64,000 bases of DNA from a virus, in the IMG/VR virus record IMGVR_UViG_3300034013_000676, positions 13,889 through 77,888 of that record. One strand, written 5' to 3'. Shown here one piece after another: positions 30,309 to 40,174 of this stretch. How positions within the stretch are numbered: the stretch's first letter is position 1; each line of letters begins with the position of its first letter. A program made the position numbers and the translations under genes. Under the pieces are notes generated by a model. The model searched no databases. It was not told the origin of the DNA and saw only the letters and a program-made list of their open reading frames with translations.

Positions 30309-32574
30309 ATATAAACTAATAACCAAGAAAAAGCATGTGGACAAACTCATAACTTATGTAAAGCAAACGGGTTATTGTTCTTTTGACTTTGAGACGAATG
30401 CCAGGCCATTTCATGATCCCTTATTCTTACCCACCATAATAGGTATATCATTTCAACCAGGCTCTGGGTACATAATACCATTAGCTCATAAGGATTCACC
30501 GTTTAAAAGGAAAGGTATATGGTTGGATATCCTAAAGAAAATAGGTAAAGAGCTAATCTCAAATCCTAGGATTATTAAAGTTGCCTGGAATGCTAGTTTT
30601 GAACTTAAGGTATTAAAGCTTTATAAAATCGAAGTTAAAGGTAGATTATTCGATGGTATAATGGCTAAATATTTACTTAAAGAGGAACGACCAAATGGTT
30701 TAAAAGAACAGGTAACGTCATTATTACCTTTCTTTGCAGATTATGATTTAAAAGGTAAACCCTCATCAAAGGCTAAACGTGAAAAGATTATAGAATTTTG
30801 GACTAACGTTGAACTTAATGAACTATCTAAATATTGTGCTCTAGACTGTGACCTAACTCTACGATTAATGATGTTTTATGAGAAACTCTTATTAAAACAT
30901 GACTTCTATAAATTGTTTAGGAATATGTTGATGATGGGCACCAGAGTATTATCAGATTCTGAGTATCACGGTATGCCTGTAGACCAAAAATTCCTTGAAG
31001 GCTTAGTAGTAACTTATGGTGAGAGGGTAATTGAGTTAGAGAAAGAGCTTTACAAACACCCAATCATATCTAAATTCGAGAAAGGCCTAGTAAAAGACAG
31101 GGTTAAAAAATATATATTTAAAATCGAAACTGAGATTGAGGATATAGAAATAGAAATGAAGGAGATGGATGCCAATTATAGAGAGTTGGTACTTAGTCGG
31201 GATAATGAAGCTGCCCGTAGGGTTATGAATAAAATAAATGCTAAAGCTAAATTGATTAAATCCCGAGAGGAGAAGATTGATAGGATAATAGCACATGATT
31301 TTAGGACTAAAGGCGAACAAAAGATGTTAGAGAAGGTTAATTTTGCTTCTCCCGAACAAATGGTCCAATTGTTTCATAAATCACCCTATGGGTTTAGGTT
31401 TAAAGTAGTTAAATACACTGTCGACGAATTTAAAAAAGAAACAGATAGACCTTCAACTGATGAGGAAGTATTAACTGAGTTAATGACTAAGGATAAATCA
31501 GGTTTTATCGAAAGGTTATTAGAATTTAGGGGTACATCTAAATTATACTCTACCTATATCGTTGGTATGAAAGACATCTTATCGGTTGATTCAAGGATAC
31601 ACCCCTCATATTTATTATTTGGGACAGTTACAGGTAGATTATCATCCATAAACCCTAATTTCCAAAATATACCCCGAGATACAACCAATGCTGATATCAA
31701 GAAAATGTTTATACCTCCAAAAAATAAAATATTACTACAGCTGGATTACTCTCAAGCTGAGTTAAGGGTAATGGCGGCACAGGCAAATGAAACAGAGATG
31801 CTACGTTGGTTTAGAGAAGGAAGAGATATTCACTTAGCTGTTGCATGTGATAAAAACAAATGGGATTATGAGTGGGCATTACCTATATATTTAAAAGAGG
31901 ATAAAGCAGACCCCAATTACACCAAAATAAAGGTAGAACGTAAATATGCTAAAACAATTAACTTTGGTATTATCTATGGGCAAACAGCAAATAAACTTTC
32001 CATTGGAATGGGTACATCAATCAAGGAGGCTGAGATATATCTAAAGGAATATAACAAACGTTTCCCTAATATCGCTAAATTCATCAAGAAACAAAATGCT
32101 TATGCCGAAAGACACGGCTTCGTTAAAAATATATTTGGTAGAAAACGAAGGTTACCTAATATTTGGCATTCAGAATGGGGTAAAAAAGCTGAAGCACAAA
32201 GACAATCGGTAAATGCTCCAATTCAGGGAGCAGCTTCTGATTATACATTGTTCTCATCTATCCTTATTTGGGAAAAAATCAGAAAAGGGGAATTACCAAA
32301 AGATATGATACAATGTTATACTGTACATGATTCACTAGGATTCTTCTTAGACCCAAAAGATGTTCATTGGGTAGTTCCTATATTAGATGAAATTTGTTCT
32401 AACCCCGAAACGATGGAATGGTTTGGTTTTCAAATCGATTCGGTTAAAATGCAAGTTGATTTTGAGGTAAGTCATATAAGCTGGGCTAAATTAAGTACAT
32501 ACCATAAGAATGAAGATTACATTAAACCCACTAGAAACTTCAACAGGGTAGAATATAATAAGCAAGTGGCTTAG
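30298..32574 (+). CDS. polA: Family A DNA polymerase with 3'-5' exonuclease
   Basis: DFET, YCALD, TGRLSS.NPNFQNIP, DYSQAELR, KTINFGIIYG, VHDS. Confidence 0.96.
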   Translation: MKSEYKLITKKKHVDKLITYVKQTGYCSFDFETNARPFHDPLFLPTIIGISFQPGSGYIIPLAHKDSPFKRKGIWLDILKKIGKELISNPRIIKVAWNASFELKVLKLYKIEVKGRLFDGIMAKYLLKEERPNGLKEQVTSLLPFFADYDLKGKPSSKAKREKIIEFWTNVELNELSKYCALDCDLTLRLMMFYEKLLLKHDFYKLFRNMLMMGTRVLSDSEYHGMPVDQKFLEGLVVTYGERVIELEKELYKHPIISKFEKGLVKDRVKKYIFKIETEIEDIEIEMKEMDANYRELVLSRDNEAARRVMNKINAKAKLIKSREEKIDRIIAHDFRTKGEQKMLEKVNFASPEQMVQLFHKSPYGFRFKVVKYTVDEFKKETDRPSTDEEVLTELMTKDKSGFIERLLEFRGTSKLYSTYIVGMKDILSVDSRIHPSYLLFGTVTGRLSSINPNFQNIPRDTTNADIKKMFIPPKNKILLQLDYSQAELRVMAAQANETEMLRWFREGRDIHLAVACDKNKWDYEWALPIYLKEDKADPNYTKIKVERKYAKTINFGIIYGQTANKLSIGMGTSIKEAEIYLKEYNKRFPNIAKFIKKQNAYAERHGFVKNIFGRKRRLPNIWHSEWGKKAEAQRQSVNAPIQGAASDYTLFSSILIWEKIRKGELPKDMIQCYTVHDSLGFFLDPKDVHWVVPILDEICSNPETMEWFGFQIDSVKMQVDFEVSHISWAKLSTYHKNEDYIKPTRNFNRVEYNKQVA

Positions 32575-32577
32575 AGA

Positions 32578-32585
32578 ATACTATA
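32578..32585 (+). promoter_or_regulatory. RTACTATW motif
   Basis: ATACTATA in the gap before the recombination genes. Confidence 0.45.
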
Positions 32586-32620
32586 TAATAATATAATATA
32601 ATTACTATAAAAAGAGAATA

Positions 32621-33085
32621 ATGGCAAAGCAACTAAAAGCACTAATAAAAAAGAGCTCCTTAATGGATATTAAATTAAGGTATAACGGTGAAACCTTTAA
32701 ATTTAATCTAAATGAGGAATTAAGTATAAATCCCGATAAAATTAATCAGGAACTAAAGGAACAACCTTCATACTATTCTTTCTTACTCTTATTACAGAGT
32801 AAACTTTTGGTGTTAAAGGAGGATAAAGAGAGGGAGATGGAAAAAGCCTATGCTAAGAGTTACTCTAAATATGCGGTAAGTATAAATGAGAAAACCAACC
32901 GGATTTACTCGGATAAATTAGCCAAGGAATTAGCTATAAGTAATGACACTTATCAAAAAGCTCATATAGAATACCTAACAGCAAAAAATGATTATGGTAT
33001 CATTCAATCTGCTGTAAAGGGATTTGAACAAAGATTTTCGCTGATTCAGACTCTATCAGCTAACCTAAGACGAGAGTCAAATTAA
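32621..33085 (+). CDS. UvsY-like recombination mediator
   Basis: Helical; INQELKEQPSYY...VKGFEQRFSLIQTLSANLR; next to SSB and RecA. Confidence 0.6.
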   Translation: MAKQLKALIKKSSLMDIKLRYNGETFKFNLNEELSINPDKINQELKEQPSYYSFLLLLQSKLLVLKEDKEREMEKAYAKSYSKYAVSINEKTNRIYSDKLAKELAISNDTYQKAHIEYLTAKNDYGIIQSAVKGFEQRFSLIQTLSANLRRESN

Positions 33086-33114
33086 TAATAAATTAACTGT
33101 AAATAAATTTAACG

Positions 33115-33918
33115 ATGGCAAAAACAACTGGTGGTAAATCTTTAAAAGAGAGATTACAAAAGAAAAGACAGGAACTATCTGAGAGGGGTAGTAAAGGTAA
33201 TGTAATATTCGTAAAAGAAGGTACATTAAGGGTTCGTATTTTACCCGTAGGACCCGACAAGGATTTTATCAAGGAAGTTACACACTTCTATTTAGGTGCC
33301 GATTTAAAAAGTGTTTATTCGCCTTCAACATTTGACCAACCCTGCGCTTTAATGGAAGCTTATCAAGAATTGAAAAAATCAAAGGATGAGGATGATAAGG
33401 ATACTGCTAAAAAATTGGTTCCTAAGAAAGCTTATTTCGCAGCGGTAGTCGTTTATAATGACGACAAAGGTAAAACCATTAATGAAGAGGATTCTGGTAA
33501 ACTTATCAAAATCACCGGTGGGGTTTACCAAGATATTATTGACCTTTACCTTGATGAAGACGAAGCGGGGGATATGACAGATCCATCTAAAGGTTATGAC
33601 ATCAAAATTAAACGAACTGGTAAAGGCCAATTTGACACTGAATATTCAGTTATGCCTTGTAAACCAACAAAATTGGATAAAAAATGGGCTAAACCAGTTG
33701 ACCTTGACAAGTTGGTTAAAGCTGAGATCTCATCTTATGAGGAAACTGAGGAAAAATTAGAAGCTTTCCTAGGTATATCTAATGATTCTGATGATGAAGA
33801 CGATAAACCTAAAAAGAAGAAGAAAAAAGCTGAGCTAGAAAAAGCCCCTGCTAAGAAAAAGAAGAAAACAACGAAAGAGGAAGCACCCGTTAAGAAAAAG
33901 AAAAAAGTTAAAAAATAA
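33115..33918 (+). CDS. Single-stranded DNA-binding protein (gp32-like) with Lys-rich tail
   Basis: VRILP, DMTDPSKGYDIKIKRTGKGQFDTEYSV. Confidence 0.8.
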   Translation: MAKTTGGKSLKERLQKKRQELSERGSKGNVIFVKEGTLRVRILPVGPDKDFIKEVTHFYLGADLKSVYSPSTFDQPCALMEAYQELKKSKDEDDKDTAKKLVPKKAYFAAVVVYNDDKGKTINEEDSGKLIKITGGVYQDIIDLYLDEDEAGDMTDPSKGYDIKIKRTGKGQFDTEYSVMPCKPTKLDKKWAKPVDLDKLVKAEISSYEETEEKLEAFLGISNDSDDEDDKPKKKKKKAELEKAPAKKKKKTTKEEAPVKKKKKVKK

Positions 33919-33922
33919 ATAG

Positions 33923-35059
33923 ATGGCTAAGAAAAAAACATCGGGAAAATTATTAGACCGTAAAGCTTTAGCCAAAAAATATTCAGGATCAGGAGTAGCC
34001 ACAAACGTATTAGGGAATAATATTTTGTGGCTTCCTTCTAGATTTTTATTACTGAATAATCAAATGGGTGGGGGAATACCTTACGGTAAAATAGTTGAGA
34101 TACATGGTTTAGAATCATCTGGTAAATCTCTATTATCCTTTGATTTTGCTTATTGTGCTCAACAATTAGGAGGAACAGTAATATGGATTGATGCTGAAGC
34201 AGCTTTCACAAATACCTGGGCCGAGTTAAACGGGTTAGAACCAGAAAATGTTGATTTATATGTAGAATCAGCGGTAGAGAAAATTTCTGACTACATAATG
34301 GATATGACTCGATATTGGAGGTCACAATTAACCCATAATGAGCCAATACTTTTAGTCCTTGATTCAATTGCATCATTAGAATGTGAAAGTAATATAGACT
34401 CAGAACAATCTGATGCAAAAGCTGAAATGGGTAATCGAGCTAAGGCTATTGATAAAATGTTAAGGATTAGAAATCCCTTATTATCCGAATTAGGGGTATG
34501 TACAATCCTTATAAACCAATTAAGGTCTAAAATTGGGGCTACTAAATTTGAGGACCCTTTTACAACACCCGGAGGTAAAGCAGTAGCATTTTATGCTTCT
34601 ATCAGGTTAGCAGTATTTGGAGGTAAACAAATCCTAGGTAAGATACGAGGTAAAGAAGCTAGAGTTGGTAAATTATCATCAATTAGAGTTATCAAGAATA
34701 AAGTAGCTCCCCCAATGCCTTCTATAAAAGGAGCAGAAGTATATTTTAATCCTAAATACACTGAACAGGATATTGGTTTCAATAAATACTTTGGGTTACC
34801 AGAGTTATTAGTTGACCTAGGAATAGTTGATAGGAAAAAAGGGGCTTCCTGGTATACTTACAAAGGAAAAAACATTGCTAATGGGGATAAGAAATTCCTA
34901 GAACTCCTTGTAAATGATGATGTGATGAGAAAGAAGCTAATTAGGAAAGCTGGTATTAATACGATATCCAGTACTCAACGAAAACTAGATAAAATAACAA
35001 CAAACCTATACCCAGTTAAAGCTGGTAAGGAATCTAAAGAAACCGAAGACGATGAGTAA
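33923..35059 (+). CDS. recA: RecA/UvsX recombinase
   Basis: GGGIPYGKIVEIHGLESSGKS, IDAE, DSIA, INQLR, TPGGKA..FYAS, KNKVAPP. Confidence 0.95.
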   Translation: MAKKKTSGKLLDRKALAKKYSGSGVATNVLGNNILWLPSRFLLLNNQMGGGIPYGKIVEIHGLESSGKSLLSFDFAYCAQQLGGTVIWIDAEAAFTNTWAELNGLEPENVDLYVESAVEKISDYIMDMTRYWRSQLTHNEPILLVLDSIASLECESNIDSEQSDAKAEMGNRAKAIDKMLRIRNPLLSELGVCTILINQLRSKIGATKFEDPFTTPGGKAVAFYASIRLAVFGGKQILGKIRGKEARVGKLSSIRVIKNKVAPPMPSIKGAEVYFNPKYTEQDIGFNKYFGLPELLVDLGIVDRKKGASWYTYKGKNIANGDKKFLELLVNDDVMRKKLIRKAGINTISSTQRKLDKITTNLYPVKAGKESKETEDDE

Positions 35060-35225
35060 GAGAAAAGACAAAATCAGTATTAAAAATGGTAGGTTAAAAA
35101 TCACAGTTTTTGAAGGTGATGAGAAATCAGGCTACATACTATCAGCTAAAGAGTTAATTCATCTTATCACTAGTATCACTGATACTATTAAAAATAAAAA
35201 TCAAACAGAAGATGAGCAAAAATAA
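35052..35225 (+). CDS. Small hypothetical protein (57 aa, not in the ORF track)
   Basis: MSKRKDKISIKNGRLKITVFEG...; fills the gap and overlaps both neighbours. Confidence 0.55.
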   Translation: MSKRKDKISIKNGRLKITVFEGDEKSGYILSAKELIHLITSITDTIKNKNQTEDEQK

Positions 35226-36105
35226 GGTATTAGTAATTGATGGTAATAATATGTTATATCGAGCATATTATAAATTCGAAAATTTACAAAATAACCATGG
35301 CCAATTAACTGGAGTAATTTATGGGTTCCCTTATATTTTAAGGGGACTCATTAGTTTACACAAACCCCAGAAGGTAGTGGTAGTATTTGATGGAGGCCGA
35401 GATAAGAGAAGAACTGAGATTTTACCCGAATACAAGAAAAGGGATAAAAAGGCGGGATTTGATGGAGAATCATTTTTCTTTCAAAAAGAGAAGGTTAAGG
35501 AATTGTTGGATTTATTAGGTATTCCAATGATAGAGGTTAAAAAGAGAGAAGCTGATGATATTATCTGGTTGATAGCTCGTAAATTAAAACGGGAAAAACA
35601 TGAGGTAGTCATAGTATCATCGGATAAGGATTTTAACCAATTAATCTGTAAGGGTATTTCAATATGGAATCCTAAAAGTGATAAGCGATATACTCATCTT
35701 AATTTGAAACAAGAAGTTGGATATAATGCTAATCAATGTGTAGATTATTTAATACTTGATGGGGACTCTTCGGATAATATAAAAGGTATGCCTGGGATTG
35801 GTCCTAAAAAAGCTATGGCATTCCTTGATAGAGGGATATCAATTAGAAACTATTTAATTAGTAAAGATAAAGAACTACCCGGACTTAGTAGAAATAAACT
35901 AGAACCCGTTTTCTTATTAAACCGCGAGCTAATTGATATACGTATCTTTTGTAGGAGAAACTTAAAACATTTAAAAGTTAAAGTCCCTAAAGTAACTCTG
36001 AAAAAAATAAATAAAAAAGAATTAGCCTATTTCTGTGCTAATTATGATATTTCAACATTTGTAAAACCAGACTTCATAGAAACCTTTAACAAGTTATTAA
36101 AATGA
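35212..36105 (+). CDS. 5'-3' exonuclease / flap endonuclease
   Basis: IDGNN, VFDG, YK..R, EADD, SSDKDF, GDSSDNIKG.PGIGPK. Confidence 0.93.
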   Translation: MSKNKVLVIDGNNMLYRAYYKFENLQNNHGQLTGVIYGFPYILRGLISLHKPQKVVVVFDGGRDKRRTEILPEYKKRDKKAGFDGESFFFQKEKVKELLDLLGIPMIEVKKREADDIIWLIARKLKREKHEVVIVSSDKDFNQLICKGISIWNPKSDKRYTHLNLKQEVGYNANQCVDYLILDGDSSDNIKGMPGIGPKKAMAFLDRGISIRNYLISKDKELPGLSRNKLEPVFLLNRELIDIRIFCRRNLKHLKVKVPKVTLKKINKKELAYFCANYDISTFVKPDFIETFNKLLK

Positions 36106-36785
36106 AACCACAACCAATCTTTATAACTGGTACGTCCGGTATCGGTAAAACCACACTTGCTAATTACATAGCAGCAAAATACAGAATACCCTTTATAAAT
36201 GGGTCTTCCTCTGTTTTATGGAAAAAATATAATATTAGTTCCCATAAAGAACTACTAGAAATGGGAGTTAATAACCCTAATAAAGGAATAGATTTCCAAT
36301 TGGAATTACTCAATTATAGAGAAGAACTAATAAAGAAGACAGGTAATACTCATTTCGTAACTGATAGGAGTATAATAGATAACCTAGTTTACTTCATGTT
36401 TCAAAATTCACCCTACCTAAGTGAACAAGATACTGTTCATTATATAAATTCCTGTATTGAAAGCTTTCAAAATATATTAGAGTTATGTACTCCAAATGCA
36501 AGGTATAAAATGATTTACCTTAGTAGAGATTTTTACCCTGATGATGAAATGCCAGTAATAGAAAATGATAGTAAGAGAATCACTAATGAATACTACCAAG
36601 ATGTAATGTCTGCTATATTTAACCATGTGATTGATAACAACTTATTGGACTTTAATCATACACCAGAAAAATACCTTAAAATAAGAGATTATAACTGGGA
36701 TAGGAGATTAGCTCTAACCGAAACTTTCTTAGAGAAAGAACCTAATATGTTCGATCATTTATATAACAATTGGATTTTGAAATAA
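36102..36785 (+). CDS. P-loop kinase, probable dNMP kinase
   Basis: ITGTSGIGKTT and FVTDRSIID. Confidence 0.7.
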   Translation: MKPQPIFITGTSGIGKTTLANYIAAKYRIPFINGSSSVLWKKYNISSHKELLEMGVNNPNKGIDFQLELLNYREELIKKTGNTHFVTDRSIIDNLVYFMFQNSPYLSEQDTVHYINSCIESFQNILELCTPNARYKMIYLSRDFYPDDEMPVIENDSKRITNEYYQDVMSAIFNHVIDNNLLDFNHTPEKYLKIRDYNWDRRLALTETFLEKEPNMFDHLYNNWILK

Positions 36786-37759
36786 TGAAAAAACCACTAC
36801 TCATAGTTTACAGTGATATTCACTTTCATTCATATAACCAATTCAATGAAGGTGATAGAAGAGTAAAGGATGCAATCAAAGCCCAGAAGCTAATAAAACT
36901 ATCTGCTCAAAAATACCATGTACCAACTCTATTCTTAGGTGATTTATTTCAAAATGAAAAAGCCCTTACGAACAAATTATTATCATATACATTACCCCAC
37001 TTCAAAAAGATTTGGGGTAATAAAGGTGAAAAGACTTATGCAATAACTGGTAACCACGACCAGAGTGAACAAAACACTTTAGACCATGAATCACCATCGT
37101 ATGTAAAAACCCTATCTCAGGTATTCCCGGGATTAATATGTATGGACTTCAAATCACTAGAGGCTACTCCCGGAATTTACTTACATGGCATTCCCTATCT
37201 AACACATGATATTGGTTTATTAAAGGCTATCCAGGATATAAAATTGATAAAAGGTAAAAAGAATATCCTAATGCTTCACACCACTATACCTGGTACAGAG
37301 GATACAGATGGTAGGGTAATAGAAACTGACACAATCAGTTCTAAGGTCCTAAAAATACTAAAGGACTTCGACCTAGTTATCACTGGGCATATACATAAGC
37401 CTATGCTTATCTCCGACAACATACTACAAGTTGGAGCTACCAACCAACAAAGAAAGACAGATAAAAATTGTGATTTAGGTTATTGGATAGTTTACAGTGA
37501 CCTAAGCCTTAAATTCATACCCTTGGATTTACCCAAATTTATTGAATTAGATTATGGTGTAGAAAAACCGGATGGTAAAAACTTCTATTACAATAAAGAA
37601 AAAGTTAGTAAGGAAATTAAGTTTCAAACAGAACCCAGTAAATTTAGTAACCTTAGTGATAGAACTAGTTTAGCAGAGAATTACCTTGAACAAAAGGGTG
37701 AGAAAATTAAGAAGTCTAAGAAGGAAGCATTGATTAAAGCACTTAAAGATACAGAGTAA
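36785..37759 (+). CDS. Mre11/SbcD-like nuclease
   Basis: SDIH, GDLF, GNHD, GHIH. Confidence 0.9.
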   Translation: MKKPLLIVYSDIHFHSYNQFNEGDRRVKDAIKAQKLIKLSAQKYHVPTLFLGDLFQNEKALTNKLLSYTLPHFKKIWGNKGEKTYAITGNHDQSEQNTLDHESPSYVKTLSQVFPGLICMDFKSLEATPGIYLHGIPYLTHDIGLLKAIQDIKLIKGKKNILMLHTTIPGTEDTDGRVIETDTISSKVLKILKDFDLVITGHIHKPMLISDNILQVGATNQQRKTDKNCDLGYWIVYSDLSLKFIPLDLPKFIELDYGVEKPDGKNFYYNKEKVSKEIKFQTEPSKFSNLSDRTSLAENYLEQKGEKIKKSKKEALIKALKDTE

Positions 37760-39582
37760 TGATAAATCACGAATCAGTTATTATAGAAGGTTTCGGTAGC
37801 ATCATAAACCAAACCGAATTTAAGTTAAATCGCAAAGGTTTAAATGTCATTAGGGGAAAAACGGGAGCAGGTAAAACCACTATACCATCATCATTAACCT
37901 GGTGCTGGTTTGGTACAACTCTAAAAGGTAAGGCAACTGTACAAACATGGGAAGAGATAAGACCTAAGGATTTCAAGGGGACTATGGTTAGGTCAAGTTT
38001 TAACAAGGATGGAGTTAATTATGAGATTATACGTTGTATATCATATAAGAAAACTGTCTTTGGTAAAACTAAAGGAGGCTCAAACCTATTTATCCTGAAA
38101 GAAGGTATTCCTATAGAAAGCGAAAGGAATAAAACTGATAAGCAGAAATTCATAGAGAACCTATTAGGTTACTCATTTGATTTATTCACAAACAGTATTA
38201 TATTTGGGCAAAAGCTTAAAAGGATAATTGAGGAATCAGGCCCAAATAAAAAGAAAATATTTGATGAAGCCTTCGAAGTATTATTCATCGATGAGGCTAA
38301 AAAGAAAACAGAAAAAGAAAGAGATAAGGTCAATGGTTCTTTAAAAGATATAGAGAGCGAATATGACCATATCTCTAAACTTGTTGAAGATGCAATTGAG
38401 AATTATGAGGATGCCTTAGATTTCGAAAAGAAATTTGAAAAGAACCGAGAAAAGAATCTAGGTAAATTATCAGAAAACAAATCTAATATCACTAAGAAAC
38501 TTGATAAACTCAAGGTTGAGATATCAAAACAAAAAATCGATGAAGCTAAGGGGTTAAAGGATAAACTCTCTGAGATAGAAAGAAAAATAGAAAAATCCGA
38601 GAAGTCAAATCAAAGGTTAATAAAGTTAGAAAGGGATATTAATTACCTAGTTAAATCGATAGCTGATAAGGAGAAAGAACTTAAAAATATAAAGAATGGT
38701 GAATGCCCTTTATGTAAGTCAGAGATAACATCAAAGAAAACCTCACATCTAAGAGATGATATAAAAACAGTTATCAAGGATTTAAAAGTTGACTTAGTTA
38801 ACCTTCGTAATAAAAGAGAAAACACCTTTGAAATAGATATGAAGCATCTCAATAAGGATATGGGTAAATTACAGGAAAAACTAGGTAAGATTAAGGAAAA
38901 AGAAAAAAACCTGAAAAACCTTAAAATTAGTGAAAGTAATTATATTGATGAACTCAACTCAATTAAAGCTGATATAAAGGAATTGAATAATGAGAAGCTA
39001 GTCATAAAATCTCCTAAATATAAGGAGAAAATAAGTAAATACAAAAAGAAAAGCAAGAAACTTGCCAAGGAAATGAAATTACTAACCAAAAAGAATGATA
39101 TATATAATTGGTTAATAAAAGACCCATTATCTAACAATGGTTTAAAAGCCTACATCTTTGACTCTCTATTGAGTAAAGTTAATGAGAAACTTTGGGATTT
39201 ACAAAAACACTTAGGATTTAGAGTTGAATTTGGAATAGACCTTGAATCAAGCAGGAAGGATTTTTACCAAGCTATATACAAAGATGATATGATTATATTG
39301 TACACAGATTTATCTGGGGGACAAAAACAATTAGTAGATTTCTCAGTTGCTTTAGCAATACATAAGGTTATCAGCTCTATAAGGCCAATGAACATTATAT
39401 TTTTCGATGAACCTTTCGAGGGGTTAGATGTTGACTGTGTTGATATTATCTCAGAACTTATATCGGAAGAAGCTAGCGATAAATGTTTGTATATGATAAC
39501 CCACCATCCAAACTTCAATCCTATTACATCAAACAACATCCATTTTGAGTTAGATAAAAATGGCGCTACAAAAATTAACTAA
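37759..39582 (+). CDS. Rad50/SbcC-like ATPase
   Basis: GKTGAGKT, coiled coil with CPLC hook, LSGGQ, FFDE, H-loop. Confidence 0.93.
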   Translation: MINHESVIIEGFGSIINQTEFKLNRKGLNVIRGKTGAGKTTIPSSLTWCWFGTTLKGKATVQTWEEIRPKDFKGTMVRSSFNKDGVNYEIIRCISYKKTVFGKTKGGSNLFILKEGIPIESERNKTDKQKFIENLLGYSFDLFTNSIIFGQKLKRIIEESGPNKKKIFDEAFEVLFIDEAKKKTEKERDKVNGSLKDIESEYDHISKLVEDAIENYEDALDFEKKFEKNREKNLGKLSENKSNITKKLDKLKVEISKQKIDEAKGLKDKLSEIERKIEKSEKSNQRLIKLERDINYLVKSIADKEKELKNIKNGECPLCKSEITSKKTSHLRDDIKTVIKDLKVDLVNLRNKRENTFEIDMKHLNKDMGKLQEKLGKIKEKEKNLKNLKISESNYIDELNSIKADIKELNNEKLVIKSPKYKEKISKYKKKSKKLAKEMKLLTKKNDIYNWLIKDPLSNNGLKAYIFDSLLSKVNEKLWDLQKHLGFRVEFGIDLESSRKDFYQAIYKDDMIILYTDLSGGQKQLVDFSVALAIHKVISSIRPMNIIFFDEPFEGLDVDCVDIISELISEEASDKCLYMITHHPNFNPITSNNIHFELDKNGATKIN

Positions 39583-39606
39583 GTACTAGTCTGGCCCTAA
39601 AGTCTA

Positions 39607-39614
39607 GTACTATT
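39607..39614 (+). promoter_or_regulatory. RTACTATW motif in the arm of an AGTACTAG...CTAGTACT inverted repeat
   Basis: Intergenic, before the resolvase. Confidence 0.45.
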
Positions 39615-39631
39615 TAAAATAAACACGAGAT

Positions 39632-40174
39632 ATGAGTAACGGTAAAAGAAAAGGTAACAAAGCTGAAAGGGAACTGGCTAAATGGTGGAAAACATGGTCA
39701 GGCTTTGAATTTACTCGGGTACCAGCTTCTGGGGGATTAAGGTGGAAAACTATGGTTAACACAACCACCTCAGATTTAATATGTGCTGATGACCGACACA
39801 ATAGAAGGTTTCAATTCTCAATTGAATCTAAATCCTATAAGGATATAAACTTCGAACATCTTATATTGGGTAACAAGAACTCAGCAATAAGGAATTTCTG
39901 GGACCAATGTAATACAGATGCAGAAAGAAGTAATAAGGTACCCATACTCTTTATGAGGTACAATGGTATGTCTAAAAATACCTGGTTTGTAGTAATGCCT
40001 AGTTACGTATATAACCTATTCTTTCCTACACTAGTTAAATTTGATCACAATAGGTTTGTAGTAAGTGGACCTGATAACATTGTCATCATGAACTCAAATG
40101 ATTTACTAAAAACAGATTATATGAAACTTCACTTAACCCTTAAAAAATTAAGAAAGAATGACAAAGCAGAATAA
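39632..40174 (+). CDS. Holliday junction resolvase (PD-(D/E)xK)
   Basis: KRKGNKAERELAK, RVPASGG, SDLI, IESK, FWDQ. Confidence 0.82.
   Translation: MSNGKRKGNKAERELAKWWKTWSGFEFTRVPASGGLRWKTMVNTTTSDLICADDRHNRRFQFSIESKSYKDINFEHLILGNKNSAIRNFWDQCNTDAERSNKVPILFMRYNGMSKNTWFVVMPSYVYNLFFPTLVKFDHNRFVVSGPDNIVIMNSNDLLKTDYMKLHLTLKKLRKNDKAE

Noticed and set aside
22754-39582. Inteins, introns or homing endonucleases in replication genes
   Set aside because: No intein termini or LAGLIDADG/HNH/GIY-YIG motifs seen; genes are contiguous.
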